Positions 24,452-35,737 of a stretch of DNA of 64,000 bases are shown here, in pieces (within the stretch, counting starts at the first letter, position 1; the number at the start of each line of letters is the position of its first letter). The stretch is from assembly GCA_002269645.1 (NCBI GenBank), contig NIVC01001877.1:1-64000 (forward strand), given 5' to 3'. Position numbers and translations under genes: made by a program. The notes under the pieces were generated by a model. It was not told where the DNA came from, ran no database searches, and was given only the letters and a program-made list of their open reading frames with translations. This DNA comes from Macrostomum lignano. Taxonomy: Eukaryota.

Positions 24452-24934
24452 GTAGTACTGTGCATGCACACAAATTCTTTATTCGATAAAATTACATGTA
24501 TATAAAAGTATATATAAGGCCGAATCAAAGTTCACTAATTAATATAGCATTGGATTTTTGTCATGCAAGTCACGCGCTGTCAACATCCGGGTGCGCGCGG
24601 CACTCATTCCATACGAATTTGCGTCACAAAATTGAAAAAAGTTTCACGTGCGCGGCAACTCTGCAGTCTGCTTTGAAAAGCAATTCAGAATTGACTGCAT
24701 TTCAATTTATCTATCATATTATCTAAGCAATTCTGGATACGATGAGACAGAGGGCAAGTTGACTTTGTACCCACCAGACAGGCTTATCCACTATATATTA
24801 TCCACTTCTATGCTAGTACAGTACAAGTACAAGTATGTCCGCTTGGCTCTAAGAAAGTGTGTCCTGTGTCCTGAACTTCTAAAACAATGTGTGTGTCCAC
24901 CTAGGCCTTAAGAGTGTCCACAACTTAAAGACAA

Positions 24935-26470
24935 GCATGTCCACCTCAAGGACGGTCTATCCACATCAAGGACAGTCTATCCACATCAAGGACAGTCTAT
25001 CCACCTCAAGGACAGTCTGTCCACCCCAAGGAAAGTCTATCCACCTCAAGGACAGTCTATCCACCTCAAGGACAGTCTGTCCACCTCAAGGACAGTCTGT
25101 CCACCTCAAGGACAGTCTATCCACCTCAAGGACAGTCTGTCCACCTCAAGGACAGTCTATCCACATCAAGGACAGTCTATCCACATCAAGGACAGTCTAT
25201 CCACATCAAGGACAGTCTATCCACATCAAGGACAGTCTATCCACATCAAGGACAGTCTATCCACGCCAAGGACAGTCTGTCCACCCCAAGGACAGTCTAT
25301 CCACATCAAGGGAAGTCTATCCACATCAAAGACACTCTATCCACATCAAGGACAGTCTATCCACATCAAGGACAGTCTATCCACATCAAGGGCAGTCTAT
25401 CCACCTCAAGGACAGTCTATCCACCCCAAGGACAGTCTATCCACCTCAAGGACAGTCTATCCACATCAAGGGAAGTCTATCCACTTCAAAGACAGTCTAT
25501 CCACATCAAGGACAGTCTATCCACATCAAGGGCAGTCTATCCACCTCAAGGACAGTCTATCCACCCCAAGGGCAGTCTATCCACATCAAGGACAGTCTAT
25601 CCACATCAAGGGCAGTCTATCCACATCAAGGGAAGTCTATCCACATCAAGGACAGTCTATCCACATCAAGGACAGTCTATCCACATCAAGGGCAGTCTAT
25701 CCACCTCAAGGACAGTCTATCCACATCAAGGAAAGTCTATCCACATCAAGGACAGTCTATCCACATCAAGGACAGTCTATCCACATCAAGGACAGTCTAT
25801 CCACATCAAGGACAGTCTATCCACATCAAGGACAGTCTATCCACATCAAAGACAGTCTATCCACATCAAGGACAGTCTATCCACATCAAGGACAGTCTAT
25901 CCACATCAAGGACAGTCTGTCCACCCCAAGGACAGTCTATCCACATCAAGGACAGTCTATCCACATCAAGGACAGTCTATCCACATCAAGGACAGTCTAT
26001 CCACATCAAGGACAGTCTATCCACATCAAGGACAGTCTATCCACATCAAGGACAGTCTATCCACATCAAGGACAGTCTATCCACATCAAGGACAGTCTAT
26101 CCACATCAAGGACAGTCTATCCACATCAAGGACAGTCTATCCACATCAAGGACAGTCTATAATCCACATCAAGGACAGTCTATCCACATCAAGGACAGTC
26201 TAACCACCTCAAGGAGAGTCTATCCACATCAAGGACAGTCTATCCACATCAAGGACAGTCTATAATCCACATCAAGGACAGTAGGACAGTCTATCCACAT
26301 CAAGGACAGTCTATCCACATCAAAGACAGTCTATCCACATCAAGGGCAGTCTATCCACATCAAAGACAGTCTAACCACCCCAAGGACAGTCTAACCACCT
26401 CAAGGAGAGTCTATATATCTCAAGCTCAACCTATCCATCTCAAGGACAGTCTATCCATCTCAAAGACAAC
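24935..26470. repeat. 20-bp minisatellite (ccacatcaaggacagtctat), about 75 copies
   Basis: Directly visible; it explains ORF 24889-26265. Confidence 0.98.
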
Positions 26471-27467
26471 CTGTAAATCTCAACTGCAAATACAAATACA
26501 TGGTACTTATCGTACATTTAATTAATTTTTTGCACGTTCATTGCGTATTTTCGATTGTTACATGTTTGAAAGGACGGTGTCATAACACTTTTATAGCTAA
26601 AAATGAAACTGAGGGGATTGAGAGCAACACACAGGCATATGCAGTATACATGTATACTTTATAGTGCCACTGGAAACCATAAATAGGCAAATTTCTCTCT
26701 TCTTTTTCCAATGCAGAAAAGCGCAATTAGGCAAGCCATGCTTACAAACTACATGCACAGAATATTGTTGAGTATGGCTCAAACATCTGGAGCCTCAAGG
26801 CCGGCTTAGCCTGAAGAAGTCACGGCCAACTCAGTTCGCAATAAACTTTGACGACAACCAATAGGGAAACGGGGATTCAACTGACCGTGAGGCGTGAGAA
26901 GGCATTGATAATAATAAGACTAAAAACTTTCTTACCGAAAGAAATCAAGGTTGAGTTTGTTTCTTTGAATATCTTCTCAGCTATTTTCTACAATATTTCC
27001 TAGATTGTAAGTCTACCAATTTAATTTGCTTTACTTTTAGAAACTTTGTGTTTAAACTGTTGAACTAAATCTGTAGCGTTAAGCCAACATATTGACGGCT
27101 ATAGAGTTAGTATCGTGCTAATAACTTCCTGTTTATGCAAGCCTGGAGAGCTTATTATAGCCAACACTGGGTCGTTTCGTTAAAATACGAGCGCAACCCG
27201 TGCAGTCCGTTGACATATCTAGAAGCAGTCTATAGGCCTACATGTGTCTAGAGACAGTCCACAGGTATAGACACAGACAATAGAGACGGCCTGGATCTCT
27301 AGAGACTAATATCTACAGATATCTCTGCATGTATAGATAAGAATCTAGAGACAATCAACTGAGATCTCCAGACACTCTATAGATACTGTTCCATAGAGTC
27401 AGTCAGAACCTGTGCTCATCTCCCTGACAATCAGCTCCACTCGCAAGAAGCTGTCTCCAGAGTCAAA

Positions 27468-30400
27468 ATGGAACGCGACCAGACGCACGACGACTTGACG
27501 AGTCAGCCGAGCTTCGAAGAGACCACCAGCAGCGTCGCCGGCTCCTGCACCGACGATGCCACGGCGTCTGAAGCTACTGTCGGCGACGCTGAAGCCATCG
27601 CTGAGTCGCGCGCCGCCCTGGCCGATTCGCTAGAGGCGCTGCGGAATCGTCGCGACGCGCTCGACAGAATCCGCGCCGCAGCCGAGGTTCAACGCCGCGA
27701 AGTGTTGGATCAAATCGAGCGCAGCTTCCAAATGATCGAACGGGTGCTGAGGACGAGGAAAGCTCGATTAGGCGAGACTCTGGACGAACTGTTGACAGCG
27801 CGAACGGAAGCGGCGCACAAAGAGGCAGCTCAGATTGCCGGCTTCGATGACGAGATGACGGCCGCGCTGAAGCGTCTGGACGGCATGAACGGCCGGTTGG
27901 ATCCAAAGACGGGCCGGGCGGAACTTCGAGGCTACGCCAAGCTAGCAAAGAATAAGCCGAAAGCATATCCGAGCGAGGACGACTCGATCTCGTACTATCC
28001 AACCGATTTGGACCAGGTGAGATTCTTCCTGACGAGATTCCCCGACGAGATTCTCCCGACGAGATTCTTCCGACGAGATTCCCGGGAAGATATTTTCCCG
28101 ACGAGATTCCTCCGACGAGATTTCCGGGAAGATATTGTCTCGACGAGATTCTTCCGACGAGATTCCCGGGAAGATATTTTCCCGACGAGATTCTTCCGAT
28201 GAGATTCCCGGGAAGATAATTTCCCGACGAGATTCTTCCGACGAGATTCCCCCAATGAGATTTGGCAATTTGCACCCCAGGGACTCGAAAATCTAGCTCC
28301 TCGAGTTTATTGCAGTGTGCATGTAGGAAGCCAGATCTTGCAAAAACCCCTTACAAAAACTGACGATTTTTTCCTGCCTCCGGACGGAGAATGACAAAAA
28401 ACAATGTGGTGCACCATATTGCGTGGTGTGATTTCTCATAGTCAGATTACACAGTGTGGATTGACCCTCATCGGTGGTTTTGAGTCGCCCGACAAGCCCC
28501 ATAATTAAGTGTGGCTGCGATCAGAAACGATTCACGCAGCAAGAGTGAATGCTTCTGATTTGCAGACGGTAAATACGCGTTTACCGACGCGCTGCTCTGT
28601 GTCCTACGAGCGTAGTTTCAATATCAGTGCTACTAATCTGGATTTCTAGCTCAGAGCTCTAATATGTACCTAATCGCAGAATGGTGGAACTTGGAGCTTA
28701 TGGGTTCGGAGTTTCGGAGACCTGACGTCTTTCTTCTCCCCTCCTGGTCAGGTGTTCAGCCATATTCATCGAGCCGGCCTAGTTGCGATGGGCAGCGTTG
28801 AGGCCTTGAACTCGACGTTGGAAAACGAGCACGATCTGCGGTCGTGCACTATACGCGAGGAGCACCAGGTGACGGTTGTGCCGCGCGACTATCGAAACCG
28901 CAAAGTGGATCCCAGCGTCCTCGGCTCTCTAAATTGCGTCGCCAGCCTTGCCTCGCCATTTGAAAAGTCCCACTTTGTCGCCGTCATGCAGGATAAAAAC
29001 ACAGTGAAGGTGCGCTTCCAGCTAGAAGAGGAGGGCACCTTTGAGCTGAGCGTGAAGATGCTGGGCGAGCACATTCACGGCTCGCCATTCACCGTGAGGG
29101 CGGTCAGTCGAACCGACGGAGGAGCCAGTGGTGGCGGCGGCGGCTCTGGTCACTACGCAAACTCTGGCGGCGGAGCTGCGGGCAGGAGACGAAGCTCCCT
29201 CCGACCAGGAGAACGTAGCGGCACCGGTCGCCTCATGCCTCACTCGATAGCTGTTGGCGGCGGTGGCTCCGGGGGCGGCGGTTCCGGCGCTGGCACCGCG
29301 TCTTCGTCTAAACTTAGCAGCACCAATAGGCGACCATTGAGTCGAACGTCGCGGCAGAGTCTTCAGGTGAGATGAGAACTTGCTTGCTTCGTTATTTCTC
29401 TCTGACCTGTCGAGTCTTAAGTTGTTTTTAATGACTATCGGTTTTTCTTAAAGTACATACAAGAAAACTAATGTGCACGAAGATTGAGGAGTGCGCTCAA
29501 AGTTATGATTGTTGCTCGATGTTGAGGAGAGTGCTTAAGGTGATGATTATTGCCTGATGTTGAGGAGAGTGCTCAAGGTGATGGTTGTTGCTCGATGTTG
29601 AGGAAAGTGTACAAGATCATGATTGTTGCTTTATACTGAGGAGAGTGTTAAAGGTGATGATTTTTGTTTGATATTAAAGAGAGTGCTCAAGGTGATGATT
29701 GTCTTAATGTTACTACTACATGTAAATGCGACAAGTGACGGTTAAAAACATTAGGCTTTATCGAATGAGTTAAGCCAATACTCATCTCAAAACTCCAGGT
29801 TGAAGACGACATGGTGCAGAAGGTTGGCAGTCGCGGTCGCGGCCACGGAGAATTCAACAATCCGCAGGGCCTGTGCGTCACACGAGAGGGTCGCATAGTC
29901 GTTGCCGATTCAAACAACGCCAACGTGCAGGTGTTCGGCTCTGGAGGGGAATTTCTCGCCCGTTTCGGCTTGCGCGGCCGCGACCCCGGCCAGGTTCAGA
30001 GGCCGATTGGCGTGGCCGAGACAGCCACGGGCAGTTACTTGGTTAGCGACTTCGACAGTCGCTGCATCCACGTGTTCAGTCCGGACGGTAAATACTTGTC
30101 AAAGTTTGGCGGCAACCGGCTCGCGGGTCCAAAAGGCATCGCGGTGCTATCAGACGGTCGCATTGCCGTTGTCGACAACAAAGCCTGCAGCGTGCTGCTG
30201 TTCAAGCACACCGGCAAGCTGGTGCACAAGTTCGGCAGCCGCGGCACCGGCGACGACCAATTCGCTGGTCCGCACTACGTCGCCATCAACTCCAAGGACC
30301 AGATGATTGTGTCGGATTTTCACAATCATTGCGTAAAGATTTTCGACAGTCTGGGCCAATTTCAGTTTTGCATCGGCTGCGCGGGCAGCGAGGCCGGCAG

Positions 30401-31599
30401 GTTAAACGCGCCGACTGGGGTGGCTGTGGACCTGCAGGACAACATCATGGTGGCGGACTGGGGCAGCTCGTCTATCCAGGTAAATTTGCTGTAATAGAGG
30501 CTATAGAGGTTGAATGAGTTTACCTTACAAACTAGCTCCTTTGGGGATGAAGCATGAAGTTCAAGCATTGCAATAAGACTTTCACTACCAAAAAGTCGTA
30601 TTACGTTTTTATTGCTCGTAGGAGAACCTCCTACACGTGCCTTGCTTTAACATCAATTCTTAGCATCTGAGCAGTTCAGCATCAAGTCTCAGCAACTGAG
30701 CAGTTCAGCATCAAGTCTCAGCAACTGAGCAGTTCAGCATCAAGTCTCAGCAACTGAGCAGTTCAGCATCAAGTCTCAGCAACTGAGCAGTTCAGCATCA
30801 AGTCTCAGCATCTGAGCAGTTCAGCATCAAGTCTCAGCAACTGAGCAGTTCAGCATCAAGTCTCAGCAACTGAGCAGTTCAGCATCAAGTCTCAGCAACT
30901 GAGCAGTTCAGCATCAAGTCTCAGCAACTGAGCAGTTCAGCATCAAGTCTCAGCAACTGAGCAGTTCAGCATCAAGTCTTGTAGAATATCTTAGCAGTTT
31001 ATCATGAAGCTTTGGCATCTCATCTGAGCAGTTTACCATGAAGCTTTGGCATCTCATCTGAGCAGTTTACCATGAAGCTTTGGCATCTCATCTGAGCAGT
31101 TTACCATGAAGCTTTGGCATCTCATCTGAGCAGTTTACCATGAAGCTTTGGCATCTCATCTGAGCAGTTTACCATGAAGCTTTGGCATCTCATCTGAGCA
31201 GTTTACCATGAAGCTTTGGCATCTCATCTGAGCAGTTTACCATGAAGCTTTGGCATCTCATCTGAGCAGTTTACCATGAAGCTTTGGCATCTAAGAAATT
31301 AGGCCCCTCAAACCTATCAGTCTGGAGAACTTCCTCATATGAACCACTGACATCTGAGCAGATTTCAATAGCCTTGCCACTTGTAGCGTGATTGCAATTT
31401 ATAAATAAATAAAATAAATAAGACTGTGCACTGACCCGCAGGTGTTCAACAGCGAAGGCAGCTTCTTGGCCTCAGTGAACACAGCCGGAGACCAGCTGTA
31501 TGGGCCTCAAGGCCTGGCTTACTGCACCAAAGCCAACCAATTGGTGGGGTTGTTGACACAGGAAATCACTGCTTCAAGGTTTACAAGTGTCCCGTGTAA
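27468..31599 (+). CDS. TRIM2/TRIM3-like coiled-coil + filamin + NHL-repeat protein; exons 27468-28016, 28752-29366, 29799-30479, 31442-31599 (1-nt deletion near 31546)
   Basis: Coiled coil, filamin repeat (EGTFELSVKMLGEHIHGSPF) and NHL repeats close to TRIM2/3 (VVDNKACSV, FAGPH, DFHNHCVK, NAPTGVAVD, DWG, LYGPQGLA, DTGNHCFKVY). All introns are phase 0 GT-AG. No RING or B-box was found. Confidence 0.88.
28017..28255. repeat. cccgacgagatt-type degenerate tandem repeat at the start of TRIM-NHL intron 1
   Basis: Begins immediately at the GT donor. Confidence 0.85.
29490..29700. repeat. Degenerate about 38-bp repeat (gatgttgaggagagtgctcaaggtgatgattgtt) in TRIM-NHL intron 2
   Basis: Five to six diverged copies. 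Confidence 0.8.
30665..30980. repeat. 29-bp minisatellite (ctgagcagttcagcatcaagtctcagcaa)
   Basis: About 11 copies in TRIM-NHL intron 3. Confidence 0.96.
31005..31292. repeat. 34-bp minisatellite (ctgagcagtttaccatgaagctttggcatctcat)
   Basis: About 8 copies adjacent to the 29-bp array. Confidence 0.96.
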
Positions 31600-32549
31600 T
31601 GATTGGTCGAGCAGTCAAAGCTATATTTTACGCGTATATTTTCAGCGCTTTAGTTTTTATTCAGATATACAGTACTAAATTTACCAGCTGTAGCATGTGC
31701 ACTTTTAGAAAGTAAATTCCGACTTAATTATAAAAACGCTATTCATAGCTTGGCTAGTTATAATTGATAAATAGTTGTGGCTCTAGTGAATACTTTACAA
31801 GTATATCGTCGATACATCTTATAATTATACTGTTATATGTAAAATGAATCTTTTTTGATTATTTATGTGCTTTCCAAATTAATATCTAGATATCTGTATC
31901 CACATGTAAATGTTAAATGTACATGTGTATGTACTAGTACAACATAAGGTGATCCATCTCATGCAGCGCTTCGAAAGCTCTTATTTGATGCATACACATG
32001 TACCGTCACATGTAATTCTTGAAGTTTTTATATCGAGCTGTACTGTGTTTTTATCATAACTACACGTAATGAACACCTTAAAACATGTAGTCATGGTACA
32101 TAAAATTCTGTATATGCAGTCCAAAGGTCCTCTACGGAATTTAAAGCAAGGACCACCACTGTAGTATCTATACATCAATAACTTGGCATCGTACAATAGT
32201 TATAGTATAGTTACAGGCTGTTGAAACCCGCGGATTTTGAACCCGCTATATTCCCTGGAAATATTTTTCGATGCATTCTTCTAATTCAATCTGAAGTCAT
32301 AATAAAAAAACTTGCTATTAGTTAGGATAGATACATGTAAACAAAACTGAGAGAAAATTTGTTTTAAAAAGTATATTTTTGACTAGAATAGAAAAAATAG
32401 AATCTAAGACTATGCAAACACTTACAGCATCAGGACAGTAATCTAACTGAATATATTTTTAAGTAAGGAGATGGGATTAATTTGTAACTCTTAAGTAAAA
32501 TGGTGAAGTGATAGAGATTGCTGCCCATCCCCCCCCCAATCAGCTGGCA

Positions 32550-32920
32550 ATCTCCTCTCCCCTCTTATCTCAACTCTTTTCTCTCACCTCTCTTTTTTCT
32601 CCTCTTTCCTTTCTTCCTCTCTTCTCTCCCCTTTTCTCTCCTTTCATCTCTCTTCGCTCTCTTCTCTCCTCTCTTCTCCTGTCTACTCTCTCCCCTTTTC
32701 TCTCTCCTCTCTTCTCTCCTCTCTTCTCTCCCGGTCCTCTCCTCTCTCCTCCCTCTCCCTTCCCCCTCTCTCCCCTGTCCTCTCGCTTCTCTCTCCCCTC
32801 TCTCCTCACTCCCCTTTTCTCCCCTTTCATCTTCTATATTTTCTCACATCACCTCTCTCGCCTCTCGATTCTCTCTTTTCTTATCATCTATTCCCTCTCC
32901 TTTCCACTCTCAACTGCCCC
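32550..32920. repeat. Pyrimidine-rich (CT/CTCTC) low-complexity tract
   Basis: Almost only C and T on the + strand. Confidence 0.9.
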
Positions 32921-34148
32921 TCAGCCATAAGCTGGATTCTTTTCTGGCCTTTGAGGTAAAAGTCTGCCCATTCCTGCTTGGAAAGCTGCAGTTTGTGGGT
33001 ATGTAGTACTCTCATGGCTGTTCTCATGCTTTGATCATGTCATCTTTCTTGCCAATTTGCAGCCCTGAAAGGAATTTGTGTATCTCCAGCTCCACTGCAG
33101 TCTGCATCAGTCTAACAACCAAGGAAATCTTTGGAGAGATTTAACTTTCAAAGTGCATTTACGACTCGTCAGTGAAACTTAATGTTAAAATTTCCATGGT
33201 GTGACTAATTTAGCAGGATTGTATTGCATTTCAGCGAGATTTTATAAATCTCCTCTCCATAGCTATGCGGGTAGCTGTCATAATTTATATGATTTCTAAT
33301 TTTAGCTTCAAAATAAAACGAATTGGTTGAAAATAAAAGGAATAAAAAACGGAATCACTTAATTTTTTGTAAGTAACTTTCGATTTTTTCCTATGCAGGC
33401 CATTTTTACTTTCTCTCAATACAAGATTTTTGCACTTCTAAAGAAATAAATAACTCTTAGAATTCCTTTGTCCAAGAGCCCCAACACGAGTACCTGGATT
33501 GGGAAACCAGGCATAATTACATCATATCCATTTATAATAGCTCATATTCAGATCCCTATTGATCTGCTATCAATTCGATTATAGACTTTTTATTGAACTT
33601 CCCAAAATATCCCTGATATACTAGACTAGAATAACTGGATCGTTACTGAGCCAAGCTTTCGGGGGTTTTGTTCACACTCTGGTTCATTTTGCATTCAAGG
33701 TGGCGTGATGAAGCTGCGTTCCACGGCAGCCTTGGCGTCCAACAGGCGGCCCCTGACGCCGCCCCAGGTGTGCTCGGAGCAGAACTGGCTGGCAGCGGTC
33801 CAGGTAACTCGGATTTCCACCAGGTACCAGCAGCTGTGCAATGACACCATCCAACCATTTGGGACAGACTAGCACGGAGTCAACAGTTGTTTCTTCTGAT
33901 GCGTCGACGAAGTGAAACTTTAGACTCAGCGGCGTCAGGAAGAACGGCATAATGAAGGTCTCGTTTGTGTACATGTAGGTGACTGGGAACTGGGTAGGAG
34001 GGGCCAGTGTCCCTCCTAGGACTGGGTTGTCCCAGTGGGTTGCGCCACAGTCCAGAAATTTCAGCTCACCATCCAAAGGCTGTCATTCCAGGCCGTGCAT
34101 CAGATTAGTAAAGTCTTCACCAGCCACCAGCAGGTAGGACAGCCAGAA

Positions 34149-34433
34149 GCTGCTGCTGCTGCTGCTGCTGCGCCAATACTGCACGCAGGCACAGCACTCG
34201 TACACACGCTCACACAGAGTGTACAGCGCGGCCCTTTGACTTTCTAATCGTCCAAGGCATGTACACTCTCTGCGCCTTGGCTCTGGCCATCATGGGAAGT
34301 GGTCGAATCACGCGACAACTCCGTGGGCTAATTTTCGTGCCCAAGCCCAAAACGAATGTCAGCCTGGCACGGAATCGAACCAGGGTTCGTGACGCAAAAG
34401 TCAGACACGTTTGCCATTGAGCTGCTTTGCCCC
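34149..34433 (-). mobile_element. tRNA-derived SINE, apparently full length, with (CAG)n tail
   Basis: The minus strand has an A-box (AGCTCAATGG), a B-box (GGTTCGATTCC), a CTGACTTTT anticodon-like arm, a core shared with the 45.4-45.9 kb copies, and ends in about 7 CAG units. Confidence 0.75.
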
Positions 34434-34576
34434 ATACTTATAAATACTATATTTTAGCATGCTACTCATAGTGCTCAATTAGCAATTTGGATGCAGTATT
34501 CTGTGTAATTCTGAATTTTAAGCAGTACTTGCACTGTATGTGAAAGGGATGCCTTTGGTGGAACAAAGCGATGGCT

Positions 34577-34655
34577 AATAGAATAGAATAGAATAGAATA
34601 GAATAGAATAGAATAGAATAGAATAGAACAGAATAGAATAGAATAGAATAGAATA
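34577..34655. repeat. (AATAG)n microsatellite
   Basis: Directly visible. Confidence 0.97.
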
Positions 34656-35644
34656 TGAAGAGTTTATATTGAGTGGTGATCAGTCACTCAATAAACTCTC
34701 ACTTCTAGACACTGGGGAACAAGTGCCTAGGTATATACAAGTCGGACTGCGGCGGATCCTCTAGTGGTTTGTAGACGTCTGGTTCTTGTAGTGTGCAGCG
34801 CTGTCTGGCTTGGCTGAGCTGGGCGGCGGCCGGTTCCGGTGAACAACTGTTGTTTCTTGGAGTCCTTAACTTTATCTGTGGGTCGACCAACACGAGAGCG
34901 AATCAGAATTCTTGACGGTCCTCGAGCTCGGAATGAACAATAGAACGTGCACGTGCGCCCTTATGAACAATTGAATTCTCTATAACTTTCTGTAATAGGT
35001 CCTCCTGAAGGGCGTCTTCTTCGTTACGTCCGAAACGTAACGGATAACTCAATTCAATTCAATAAATCCTCTAGGAATGTATCCTAGGAAACAAGGAGGC
35101 CTTTCTCAAATGTGTCGACAATAAGTGGCTCTCGTAAACTCAATTAATCAACTTATTAGCGCTATTAACAATTAACTAAATCGGGTAAACGCTTACCAAT
35201 CTATCCGGATTTCTTCTCTCAGAGATGAGTCTTCTTCGGTTAACGTATTCCAAAGTCTTCCTTGAGACCGCTCCGAGTCTGAGTTTTTGACTCAGATTTT
35301 TGCTTATATTTATAGTAAAATGTTGGTGAAAAACTGGTTCAAAATCGGTTATTTACTTAGGTCACGTATGTTTGATTAGGAGGTCATGAATGTTTGATCA
35401 TTACCATATATGGAATTAAGCAAATAAAATTCCCGAGAACCGGTTTCTTGATCAAATAAACGTCGGTCCTACGTAGGGCTCTGAGTCACTTCTGTTTGCA
35501 TGTGACTCATTCTAAAAATAGAATTTCTAAAAATAGATATGACTCATCATGACTCATTCTAAAAATAGATTGCGAGTTTAAATTGATTTTGTTAGAATAT
35601 TACTTTAAGTAGTGCGTTCTGATATGATTTACAGTTCTCTACAA

Positions 35645-35737
35645 ATAGAATAGAATAGAATAGAATAGAATAGAATAGAATAGAATAGAATAGAATAGAA
35701 TAGAATAGAATAGAATAGAATAGAATAGAATAGAATA
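35645..35737. repeat. (AATAG)n microsatellite
   Basis: Directly visible. Confidence 0.97.

Noticed and set aside
24889-26265. 458-aa ORF with a 20-residue periodicity
   Set aside because: A 20-bp repeat lacking stop codons in all + strand frames; no non-repetitive coding flanks or splice context.
21060-27430. PACRG head to head with parkin, as in vertebrates
   Set aside because: No PACRG-like coding sequence is visible; the next + strand gene is the TRIM-NHL gene.
34365-34433. tRNA genes at 34365-34433 and 45570-45637
   Set aside because: A and B boxes are present but the acceptor and anticodon stems do not pair, and each continues into a shared repeat core, so these are SINE heads.
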